From an uncultured bacterium (GTDB lineage Bacteria > Chloroflexota > UBA5177 > JANWHV01), in assembly GCA_963827235.1 (NCBI GenBank), contig CAWHAE010000016.1:1120001-1184000 (forward strand): a stretch of 64,000 nt of DNA. The letters are read 5' to 3'. Each line of letters begins with the position of its first letter. Position 1 is the first letter of the stretch. The position numbers and the translations under genes are program-made. Shown in pieces: positions 42,861 through 52,475 of the stretch. The notes beneath the pieces are model-generated. The model had not been told where the DNA came from. It made no database searches and was given only the letters and a program-made list of their open reading frames with translations.

Positions 42861-44090
42861 CTATCGACGCCCGCGAAACGTTCGTCGCAGGTCCTCGACC
42901 CATTCTTCGGGGACTTCCCATGGAATGAAGTGACCGCCGTGGTCGTGCGCGGTGATGTTGACGTGGTTGTACCAGGCGGCGCGATCGCTTTCCAGGAAGT
43001 GCTGCACGCGTTGCTCGTTCGTGTCCACGCCGGGCGGATTCTCGTAGCCGACGAACGTGATCCCGGTTGGTGCTTCGACCACCGGCCAGCGATCATGCGA
43101 CGGCTGCCAGGGGTAGCGGTTGTTGTTCGCGTAGGTGCGCATGGACGTGGCGATCGCGTCTCCGGCCCAGTAGATCGTGGCATGGGTGAGCCGGTCGTCC
43201 TTGCTGAAGACGTTCTCGATGTTGCCGCCGGTGTCGGCCCAGTTGGTTCAGCGCTCCAGGATCCAGGCGAGCATTCCGGCAGGCGAGTCGGTGAGCCCAA
43301 AGGCCAGCGTGCTGGGGTCGAGCACGTGCGCGGCCAGATGCACGGCAAACCGCTTGTCCAGGCTCACGATCCGCCGATGGATCGCGGGCCGGAGCCCTTC
43401 GGGAATGGCTCGACCGCCGGAGTAGTCCCAGCCGCGGTCGCCATTGAAGAAGCTGAGCTTCAGCCCCGAGCAGATGTGGATCGCATACAGCTCGCCGGCG
43501 TACTTGTGCCCGAGCTGCCCGGTGATGAGCGCGCCGACGTCGCAGCCTGCGGCGGCGTATTTCCGGTAGCCGAGAATCCCCGTCATCAGCTGGCGCCAGA
43601 CGTCTGCTATCTTCCAGAAGTTCATGTCCGGGCTGCTCGACGGCGGTGTTGAGAAGCCGAATCCCGGCAGCGACGGCACGATCACGTCGAACGCCTCGCC
43701 GGGGTCACCACCGAACGCGCCGGGATCCGCCAACCGGTCGACGACCTTCGACCAGTGCCAGAACGTCCACGGCCACCCGTGCGAGAGGATCAGCGGCGTC
43801 GGGTTGGGGCCGGCTCCCGGCCTGCGCATGAAGTGGACGGGCACGCCGTCGACGTCGACCTTGTAGTGCTCGTAGGCGTTGATCGCCGCTTCCGCCGCGC
43901 GCCAGTCGTACCTGGTACTCCAGTACTGCACCAGCACCTGCAGATACGAGCGGCGCACGCCATAGTAGCCGTCATCGTTGCCGGCATCCTCGGGCCACTT
44001 GGTCGCCTTCAGCCGGACGACGAGGTCGTCGAGCACCGCATCCGGGACATGGATCGGCGTTTGCTGCAGCGGGAATGCTGTATCCGGCAC
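42861..44090 (-). pseudogene. Epoxide hydrolase (EHN domain) with in-frame TGA at 43248-43250
   Basis: VLDDL..RL...WP, YDWRAAE..IN, HGWP, PSLPGFGFS, LTDSPAGMLAWILER*TNW, GGHFIPWE. Confidence 0.88.
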
Positions 44091-44303
44091 GCCCAACTCC
44101 GTGACAGTGACTCAAACCCAAGGCAAGCATGTGGGCGTGTTTCCGTGCCGACGGCCCGGGGCGGCCGGCGGTTCGTTGCGCCGCCGCGACGAGGAGGCCC
44201 ACGACCCTGCCCTGAGTCTAGTCTACGGGACAAGGCGTCGAAGACGAGGGTTCGAGGCCGGCCGTAACCCAGTGTTGTGCCCTGGTGGCCATGCCGCTTA
44301 CTC

Positions 44304-44723
44304 TCATGCTCGGTGCATATGCCCGTCTTGGGACTTTATGTAGTCATAGGATTGTTGCACGATTTGTTCAAGTATTGGCAGTTGTATATCGCTAAGCCGC
44401 TTGATGTACACACAAACCCTGCTCGAAGTATGTTTGCCTAAGCGAGCCAGTAATTCAGAGTAACGTACCGTGCCGTCCATAAGGTAAATGGTTATCTTAC
44501 CTCTTCTTGGATAAAAACCAATAGTCTGGCTGTCGCCTTCGCGTCCGCTGTCGTATTTGTAGTGATACGTATCAAACCCGATAGTTCCCACATTCCACAT
44601 CTTTGGCTCATGTCCGCTTATTCTCTGCATCATTTCAACAAGCACGTGGCAATCTCTTACGCTTTCTTCATCGTCAAGTGAAGAAATATAGTCTGTGACT
44701 GAACTGTCATTATGAGTAGTCAT
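44304..44723 (-). CDS. DUF1801 (YdhG-like) protein, AT-rich
   Basis: PKMW...IGFDTYHYKYDSGREGD, GFYPR, LGKH..S..CVYIKRLSDI. Confidence 0.88.
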   Translation of the reverse strand: MTTHNDSSVTDYISSLDDEESVRDCHVLVEMMQRISGHEPKMWNVGTIGFDTYHYKYDSGREGDSQTIGFYPRRGKITIYLMDGTVRYSELLARLGKHTSSRVCVYIKRLSDIQLPILEQIVQQSYDYIKSQDGHMHRA

Positions 44724-44828
44724 TTTGTCCATGGGTCATATTGTACCATCTCAGACAGTGCCAACTCAACGAGCAGGGGCGGACGGCACGACAGCTGAGG
44801 GCATGTTAGCAGCGGACGGCGTCTCCAA

Positions 44829-45430
44829 TCAGAACGACCCAGCGTTGACCGGACCTGCGGCGCGGTAGGTGGTGATGAGGACGCCCTTGGGCGTGCTGCG
44901 CGTCTCGACCAAGGCAAGGCCGCGCGGCAGCACGCCATTCCCAAACAGCCGCTTTCCTTCGCCGAGCACCACCGGAGCGATCCAGTGGCGATATTCTTCG
45001 ACAAGCTCGGCAGCGATCAGCGTTTGCAGCATGCGCTGCTGCCCCCGACATGTAGCACAGGCCCATCCGATGCCTTGAGGCGGCGGACCTCGTCCATGAT
45101 ATCGCCCCCTATGCGCTGCGACTTCTCCCAGTCGAGCTGGTCGAGCGTGCGCGTGACGACGTAATTGGTCGCCTTGTTGAACGCCTTCGCGATCGGGTTG
45201 TCGCCCTGGTGCGGCCAGCAGGCGGCGAAGATCTCGTAGGTCCGGCGTCCCAACAGCATGCCGAACTCCCCAGCGATAGTCTCGTCGATGATCTGGCTGA
45301 GGGCGTCGTCCCCGAAGGGCATGGCCCAGCCTCCGTAGGTGAACCCGTTGCTCGGATCCGCGTCGGGGCCACCAGGCGCCTGCATGACGCCGTCCACCGT
45401 GACTTGGGTGATGGCGATGATCCTTCTCAT
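44829..45430 (-). pseudogene. RibD-C/DHFR-like protein, frameshift near 45030
   Basis: TVDGVMQAPGGP..D, LLGRRTYEIFA; other frame QTLIAAELVEEY..APVVLGEGKRLF. Confidence 0.82.
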
Positions 45431-45622
45431 TGTCTCTCTCCAGTTTCTTCGCATCGCATCCCAAGACGCGAGCACCAATTGGCCGCTCTCTCTGGCTTTC
45501 GGTTCACTTGCTTGCCTTGGACGGCAGCGAGAGAGAGCGCGCGACATGGTCGAGGCTCTACGCGGCAATCTCAGGCCCACCCTTTTGCCGTGGAGTCCGC
45601 CAATGCCGGCATCGCGGGCCTC

Positions 45623-46183
45623 TCATGGCCTGCTGCGATAGCGGAGGTGCACGACGCCGCACCCACACCGGTGTTCGTCGAGCAGCTCGAGCGGCAGGTG
45701 CACTTGCCTGGGCAAGGCGGGGAGGCCGCCTCCGACCACGACTGGCGTGAGGAACAGGTGATACTCGTCGACCAGCCCGGCACTGATGGCCTGGGCGGCC
45801 AGGGTCGCGCCGCCGATGCTGATATCGCGCTGCAGGCTGCCTTTCAGCTGCCGCACCGCCGCGATGTCGAAGTCTCGCTCAATCCGTGTCCTAGCGCTGG
45901 AGACCGCCTGCAACGTCCCGGAGTACACGACCGTGTCGGCCGCCTGCCAGATGGCGGCAAACTCCTGCAGGACAAGCGGCTGGTCGGCGACGAAGCGCGG
46001 GTCCTCCCAGACGACCATCGTCTCATACATCTTGCGCCCCAAGAGGTGCGTGCCGATCGGCCGCTCGAGCTCATTGATCAACGCGATTACCTCCTCGTCC
46101 GGCATCGTCCAGTCGATGCTGCCCTGCTCGTCCGCGACGTAGCCGTCGAGGGACGTGTTCGCAGCGTAGATCAGCTTGGCCAT
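45623..46183 (-). CDS. Dihydrofolate reductase-like (RibD C-terminal) protein
   Basis: SLDGYVAD, LLGRKMYE, IGGATLA, VDEYHL; AAGGAGG RBS; close paralog of 38049-38609. Confidence 0.9.
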   Translation of the reverse strand: MAKLIYAANTSLDGYVADEQGSIDWTMPDEEVIALINELERPIGTHLLGRKMYETMVVWEDPRFVADQPLVLQEFAAIWQAADTVVYSGTLQAVSSARTRIERDFDIAAVRQLKGSLQRDISIGGATLAAQAISAGLVDEYHLFLTPVVVGGGLPALPRQVHLPLELLDEHRCGCGVVHLRYRSRP

Positions 46184-46301
46184 ACAGGATCCTCCTTGTA
46201 CGCATGGTGCCTGCATCGCGCAATCTTCCCGCGGGTAGCCGCGTGGCATGGAGACCGCGAGCCTGGTTAGCGCGTGTCAGCAGATCCAGATTCGCACGCC
46301 T

Positions 46302-46828
46302 GGTGAGGAAGCCACGCGCTGCCGGGCGACCTCGGGAGACGCACGATGGGGAGCACGTCCCGAAAGACCTGCTCCCCATCGCGTACCTGTTTCCCCGATA
46401 CTCCTGCTGGTGCCGCGGACACCGCTACGGTCTGCCTGGCCGGACCCCGTCGAAAGGGGTCCCTTCCATTCCGCGCGACTCTCTCGAATCACGTGGTGCC
46501 GAGCTATAGCGTGCCCCGAGACTCTGTACCATCCCCCGCGTGCATGTGGGATTGGGCGACGGTGGGTTGCCTCGTGCGTCCCTGGTGCGTGGTCGTGGTC
46601 GACACGACGAGCGGGTCTCCCATACTCCCCCGCCCGCCGGTATCTGGCGACGCTCCCGGTGATGGATTCCCTTCACCCGACCGGCGCTTGCACGCACGAT
46701 CTGCAGTTGCGGGCCACCTCAGGGTAGCGGTGCGGATCTCTTTCCTCGTACACAGTTGCATCAGTTCATTCAGGTGGTACCAGCATAAGTCACGTTAGGA
46801 GCGGCATCCAGGATGTTATCCACCACGT
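46302..46828 (-). ncRNA. Copy 2 of the duplicated ~525-bp non-coding element
   Basis: Highly similar to 37286-37811; promoter TGGATG-N17-TATGCT at 46810-46782; terminal hairpin 46344-46381. Confidence 0.65.
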
Positions 46829-47041
46829 TTGCGAGTTGCCATTCCGACTTTGGCGGCGCACCATGGGGGCGCAGGTGCCTGGGTGATGAGGAGCTGCCCC
46901 ATGCGAGCGACGCTTTTCGCGGTACACTCACCCGAGCAACGCCGCTGCCATTCTTTGTCATTGCAGCCGAGCGCCTAGCTCGAGGGACGGCGTGGCACCG
47001 GGGCCCTGTGGTGGGAGGGCAAATCTGGAAAGGTGCTCTCG

Positions 47042-47665
47042 ATGCGGGCTCCTCGCCCGGGGACTGTCGGCCTGTGTGGAATCGCCGCGTTCGCCGGCCT
47101 GGTTGGCGTGGAGCATGTCCTGCGCCCCGACCATGATCCGTGCGGCCGCTATGTGAGCGAGTATGGCGTGGGTCCCTATCACCAGGTGATGACGACCGCG
47201 TTCTTCGCTCTCGGGATCAGCTCAACCGCCACGCTGGTGGATCTGTCGCGAACCGTTCCCGCCCCTGCCCGCTCGCGCGCCGGTCTCGTCTTCCTCGGCA
47301 TCTGGAGTGGGGCGATTCTCGTTGCCGGGCTCTTTCCCACGGACCTCTCGGGACCGAACGGCCGGCCGGAGCACCCAACGACGCCGGGAATCATCCGCGC
47401 GCTGGCCGGCGTTACCGGATTCCTCAGCGTGCCGCTCGCCGCGTGTCTGCTGGGCCGCGGGTTCCGGCGTGACCCCGCCTGGAAGCGCTTTGCCCAGCCC
47501 TCGCTCACACTGAGCGCGCTGCAGAGCGCCGCCGTAGTACTGTCCATCGCTAGTCCAGTGCGGTACATCGGCGTGAACGAGCGGGTCTTGATCGTGTGCG
47601 ACCTGGCGTGGCTAGCGTGGCTGAGTCAGGTTCTGCGGTGCGCGCAGTACCAAGTAAAGGAATAG
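47042..47665 (+). CDS. DUF998 family membrane protein
   Basis: HVLRPDHDP..YVSEYGVG, AGLFPTD, G.NER; multiple TM helices. Confidence 0.8.
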   Translation: MRAPRPGTVGLCGIAAFAGLVGVEHVLRPDHDPCGRYVSEYGVGPYHQVMTTAFFALGISSTATLVDLSRTVPAPARSRAGLVFLGIWSGAILVAGLFPTDLSGPNGRPEHPTTPGIIRALAGVTGFLSVPLAACLLGRGFRRDPAWKRFAQPSLTLSALQSAAVVLSIASPVRYIGVNERVLIVCDLAWLAWLSQVLRCAQYQVKE

Positions 47666-47667
47666 AC

Positions 47668-48066
47668 ATGAACACGCTAGTCCCAATGACAACAAAGGAG
47701 ATCTTCGAGCAGGCGCTGCCTGCCATTCTGAGCGGTGATCTTGCCGGCCTCCTTGGCTGTTGCGCCGAGGATGTGGTCTTCGAGTTTCGCGTCGCGCCGG
47801 CCGGCCGGCCACGCCGCCTGGAAGGCCGCGAGCAGGTCCGTGCATACCTGGACGCGGTCTATGCGCGCCTCTCGATCGAAGGCGTCATCAGTCTCGAAAT
47901 CCACGAGACGACGGATCCGGCTGTCGTGATTGCCGAAATGACCCTCAAGATCACGTTGCGCGATGGTACGACCCGCGAAGCGGCCTACGTCGAGGTCGTG
48001 ACGGTGAGAGACGGTCGGATAGTGCACATCCGTGATTACTGGAGCCCACTCGCGCTCGCAAACTAG
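47668..48066 (+). CDS. SnoaL-like / NTF2-family protein
   Basis: AEDVVFEF..P, LEGRE.V..Y, HETTDP..VIAE, VRDGRI.HIRDYWSP. Confidence 0.88.
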   Translation: MNTLVPMTTKEIFEQALPAILSGDLAGLLGCCAEDVVFEFRVAPAGRPRRLEGREQVRAYLDAVYARLSIEGVISLEIHETTDPAVVIAEMTLKITLRDGTTREAAYVEVVTVRDGRIVHIRDYWSPLALAN

Positions 48067-48126
48067 AGGCAGGATAGCAACCAAACGTGTAATCCGGCAT
48101 AGGGCCAGATACTCCACGAATCGGTG

Positions 48127-48300
48127 TCACGCCCCCGTGTTCTTGAGGACGAGCAGATAGAAGGCTCCAAACGCCCCGACAATGCAGATGTTCGCCAGCA
48201 GCCGTGCCCAGAACTGATGCCGCAAGAACAGGACATCGACACTCACGACAAGGGCGATCATCACCACAACGTACAGTACAATTGGCATCTGCTTTGGCAT
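48127..48300 (-). CDS. Small two-TM membrane protein (57 aa; below the ORF-track cutoff)
   Basis: MPKQMPIVLYVVVMIALVVSVDVLFLRHQFWARLLANICIVGAFGAFYLLVLKNTGA; AGGAG RBS. Confidence 0.7.
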   Translation of the reverse strand: MPKQMPIVLYVVVMIALVVSVDVLFLRHQFWARLLANICIVGAFGAFYLLVLKNTGA

Positions 48301-48341
48301 GTCAATCTCCTGTCAAGTTACACCGCCCGCTGAACACAGGC

Positions 48342-48609
48342 TCAGGTTCTGGGAGATGCGGAGCGGGCGATGGTCAGCTCCCAGTAGCCGGCCGCGCCTG
48401 CCGGCGCCGCCCCCAGGAACAGCGCTGCCCACCCGTACGTCTTCCCGTTGGCGCCGCCGAACACGAGCGTCAGGACCACAGACAGCCAGGACGATACCAG
48501 CTGCAATGCGCGCGCTTGCAAAGGCACGGAGATGGCGGTACTCCCTCGGCGGGATCAACCGTCGCAAGTCGGCACGCAGGGGAATGGTATTTTCGTGCTG
48601 TGCGTCCAT
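48342..48609 (-). pseudogene. Small membrane protein, frameshifted
   Basis: RRLIPPREYRHLRAFASARIAAGIVL then other frame LTLVFGG..YGWAALFL..GYWELTIARS; AGGAG RBS. Confidence 0.5.
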
Positions 48610-48807
48610 AGGATGTCTCCTCCGACCTGCGGTGTCCGGCCACCCGGCCGCCTCTCAAGACGGTAGCACGTTGAGAGGTGGGCCGTCAGGAGTGACTGTC
48701 GCGAGGATCCGGCTGGGCGGGTACGTGTGCTCACCGTGCTCACACGCGGCTGGCCTGGGCGCATCGCGCACCCGGCGTAGACCGTCTACTGACATAGCGG
48801 CAACGAC

Positions 48808-50383
48808 TGATTTAGGCAGGAGGAGGTTGCAGTATAGGGCAGGGTATGCCAAGCTGGACAGACCAGGAAGAGTGCCCCCGGATCCCTGGCGCAGTGCAAG
48901 GTGGACGCCATGGCACGCACGTACTTTCCCCTCACCACGGCCTCCCAGCGGCGGCTATGTTTGAGACCTGGCAGACGACGGGCGACGTAGCGCAGGCTTG
49001 TCGGGTGGCCCACGTCGGCCAGCGTACCTTCTAGTATTGGAAGCCCCGCTTCGTGGCCGGGGGCTACCCGACCCTGGAGCGGTGTGGCAGTCATGTGCCC
49101 CATCACCCGCACCAGACGGCCCCGGCCGTGGCGGAGCGGGTGATTGCCCTCAAGCAGGCGCAGCCCGGCTGGGGTAAACGGCGGCTGGCTGAGGAACTGG
49201 CCAAAGCGCAGGGGTGGGTACCCCTGGTCAGCCCGAATACGGTCCAGCGCATCTTGCGGGACGCTGGCCTGTGGCCGGAAGCGGCGCCGCCGGGAAAACG
49301 GGCGGGCCGAGCGGCGAGAGCCGCAGCGCCGACGAGCCCGGCCAAACCCTGAACGTCGACCTGTGCTTCGTGCCCGCCGTGCACCAGGTGGCGCAGCACC
49401 TGCCGGCGGTGAGCGGGTCGTCGGGGCATCTGGTGGTCTACGGGCCACGCCCACAGACGGACGATGCGGTGCGGGTCTGGCCAGGCCAGGTGTTCGCCGA
49501 CCCTGCGCTGGACGATGCGGCAGCGATGCGGGAGTTCGTGTGGCGGTCGGCGCCGCCCACACCGCGGCGCGCCGCCGGGCACGGGCGCCAGGAGACGGCG
49601 GAACAGGCGGCGGCCCGGCTGCTGCGGGAGCAACGCAAGCGCGTGAATGGGCAGCGGGCCCAGGTGCTCGCCCAGCGCAAACAGGAGGATGCCGCTTGGC
49701 GCGCAGTCTGCCGCGAGCGGCAAACACGGCTCCGCCCTGCGCGCTGGACCCCGCGCCAGCCAGCCGCCTACCTGGCGGCGGAGGACTACTTCCTCGTGCT
49801 GCAGGACCAGCGGCAGGCCACGCTCACCCGACGGGAACAGGAGGATGCCGCCAAGCACGCTGCGCTGGTGCGCCTCGCCCCGCCGCCCGCGCCGCCGGTC
49901 ACCAAGCCGCCCTGGATCGCCATCCTGGTGGTCACGGATAACTGCACCCGGCAGTGTTTGGGCCTGCCCCTGTTCGTCGCCGGCCCCCAAGGTCACCGCC
50001 GAGGTGGTCGTCGCCGCCCTCCGTGAACTCTTGCCCGCCCAGCTCCAGTTCCTGATCTCCGACCGCGGCTGCCACTGCACCGCCCAGCAGTTCGCACAGT
50101 TCGCCGACGAGGAGGACTTCGTGCATGTCCTGATCGCGCGCCATCGTCCTGCGAGCAACGGGATAGCGGAAAGAGTTGTGCGCACCGTCAAAACCTGGCT
50201 CGCTGAGCACGCCTGGAGCAGCACCGAGACCCTGGAGACCCTGCTCGAGCAGTGCCGGCTGGCCTATAATGACCGGCCGCACCAAGGCCTGGCACTTCCC
50301 GGCCTCTCCCCCAACGAGTTCGCCAGCCGCTTCTGGCTGCTCTAGGTTCGACGTCCAAGTGCAACATCTGTCTGCCTAAATCA
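48808..50383 (+). mobile_element. IS481-like insertion sequence with degenerate transposase (48910-50345)
   Basis: 26-bp IRs TGATTTAGGCAG..GTTGCA(G/C)T; HTH + WGKRRL + rve core (SDRGCH, SNGIAERVVRT, YNDRPHQGL); TAG at 49032 and frameshifts. Confidence 0.8.
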
Positions 50384-50908
50384 TGGGCTTGCGACTTCCT
50401 ACCGGCTACCGACCTCCTCTTCCGCTCGATCCACGCCTTCTTCGTGATCGAATTGGCCACTCGCCGGATCGTGCATGTCGGCGTCACCCGCCACCCTACC
50501 GATGTCTGGGTCACCCAGCAACTGCGTGAAGCTACCCCCTTCGGTCGGCACCCCAAACACCTGATTCGCGACAATGACACCGAGTTTGGATCGGCCTTCC
50601 GGGCTTTAGCCGCCACCGGCATCGAAGACGTCCGCACAGCCATCCGGGCACCGAGGGAAAACGCCTGCTGTGAGCGCTTGATGGGAAGTGTCCGTCGCGA
50701 GTGCCTGGACCACCTGCTCATCGTACATGAGAAGCACCTGCTCCGGGCGTTGCGCGAGTACGCGCAGTACTACAATTCCTCTCGGCCGCACCAGGGGCTG
50801 CACCAACGCTTCCCCGATCCGCCGGTCTCGTCCGGCAGCCCGACAGGCACAGTCTGCGCTATGCCGGTCCTCGGCGGGCTTCACCATTCGTACGCTCGGG
50901 CAGCCTAA
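50384..50908 (+). pseudogene. 5'-truncated rve integrase-core transposase
   Basis: WACDFL..DLLFR, IELATRRIVHVGVT.HPT, LIRDND, ENACCER, RRECLDH, PVLGGLHH. Confidence 0.85.
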
Positions 50909-51109
50909 CGGCGCGTGGATACCCTTTCCAGCCAGGACAGGCGGGATCATTGCACTTGCATCGGAGGTGCAAGCATCCACGGCAATGCAGCCAGAAGGTC
51001 ACAGCAAGGTGCTCATCATAGGCCAGAATGACGTTTTACCCGCCGCCAATCCCACGCTGTCGAGCGACCTTCGGCGGCTACCCTGTGTGTTGCACTCCAT
51101 GTGGCATGT

Positions 51110-51300
51110 TCTGCCTGCGGAGCCGCTCAACCTGAGCCCGGTCTTGGGCGTTGGCGGGGCTGGCATGCAGGACCAGCAGGTGGCACAGCGTGTCCATCGC
51201 GTCGTGGATCTTCGGACCGACGGACCGCTTGGCTCCGTAGTAGACGGCACGTGCACCACTCTCGGGCGTCGAATGCAGAGTGCGCGAGTTGGCAGCACCG
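51110..51300 (-). mobile_element. Degenerate IS5 transposase fragment related to the 19250 element
   Basis: [25 protein letters not shown]......AN.QDRAQVE vs [31 protein letters not shown]. Confidence 0.65.
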
Positions 51301-51494
51301 CGGGACCACATAGCGATGCGAACCCCGTGCAGCCTCTGACTACCGCCGGTGACCATATTGCCTCTGGACTTACTGGCAGTTGCGCCTCACAGGACACTCA
51401 GCCCCGCAATCAGTGATGCACGGAGGCCGGGCAGTGGTCACCATCGGTATAGCATGTGCAGCCCAAGCCGGACTGTCCCGCGTGGGTGCCGGCA

Positions 51495-52349
51495 CTACCT
51501 CGCCGGGGGACTGCCTGCCGCAAGCGCGCTGGGCATCTCCCGTGGCATGCTCGGGCGCTGCGTGCACCATCGGTGGTAGAACGTTGTGTAGTGCACGATG
51601 TCGATCCCGCGCTCTTTGGCCGCATGCAGCAGCGCTTCAGTCATGTGCATGCTCGGATCCTCGCGAACGCTGCTCCAGTCGTGCTGCCCATATGACCAAA
51701 CAAGGTCGCGACGCGCGATCTCGTCCAGGTTAGGCTCGACCGCCTGCAGGTAGCCATCCAGATTGGCCCAGCCGAGGCTTTCGCGCAAAAGACAATCCTG
51801 CCAGCCTTGGTCCGGCATTTCCAGAAGATCCGGGAAACCTTGCGCCTCATACCCGAATGGCTGGACCTCGAAGGGCACCGGCTGCCAATCGTGGGCATCC
51901 CGCGCGTAGGTACGTGCATAGCGGATCCCGCAATCCCACAGGATCTCCAGGATGTCGGGCCGGTCGGAGAGTCCGCGATAGTAGCCCCATGGGCCAGTAA
52001 GACCGATACACGCCAGGCCGAGCATCTCCTGCAAGAGGGCGCTGGCCTTTGCGACCTCCTCGCGAATCTCCGCTAGCGTGCCACCAGGGAACAGCTGTAT
52101 GCCATCGTCGCTTTCCTGGCAAACGGTCTTAAGCCGCACATGCGAATACGTATGCTGCTGGATGTCGAAGAGCGGGTGGCCCGCGATGTTGCGGAACGCC
52201 TCGGGACTACGCTCCAAGGTCTGGCCCACGACGAACAAGGTTGCCGGGGCTTGTAGCTTCTCGTGTACCGTAACAGCTCGCTTCAGGAACGCGCGAGTGA
52301 TCAGAGGGTCAGGATCTTCGACATCATAACCGATGAGGAACGTTGCCAT
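51495..52349 (-). CDS. Polysaccharide deacetylase-family (NodB/CE4-like) protein
   Basis: GYDVE, ATLFVVG, IQQHTYSH metal motif, HDWS. Confidence 0.8.
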   Translation of the reverse strand: MATFLIGYDVEDPDPLITRAFLKRAVTVHEKLQAPATLFVVGQTLERSPEAFRNIAGHPLFDIQQHTYSHVRLKTVCQESDDGIQLFPGGTLAEIREEVAKASALLQEMLGLACIGLTGPWGYYRGLSDRPDILEILWDCGIRYARTYARDAHDWQPVPFEVQPFGYEAQGFPDLLEMPDQGWQDCLLRESLGWANLDGYLQAVEPNLDEIARRDLVWSYGQHDWSSVREDPSMHMTEALLHAAKERGIDIVHYTTFYHRWCTQRPSMPREMPSALAAGSPPAR

Positions 52350-52475
52350 TACGTCTGCCGCTCCCTTGCTACTGGTGCCAGGCCTGCAATGCACGTGCCG
52401 GCATCACATGGTCGGCAGTCGACGTGCCGGGTACCTGGATACTGCAGAGCCACGAAATCCGCCAGTCCACCACCA

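Noticed and set aside
46504-46761. 85-aa ORF inside element copy 2, and other ORFs overlapping the copies
   Set aside because: A 1-nt indel changes the frame in copy 1; substitutions follow base pairing rather than codon positions
5602-49034. Stop-codon recoding (TAG at expected Tyr positions 5602 and 49032; TGA at an expected Trp position 43248)
   Set aside because: TAG and TGA terminate many intact genes here; each case is a single-base change in a region full of other lesions
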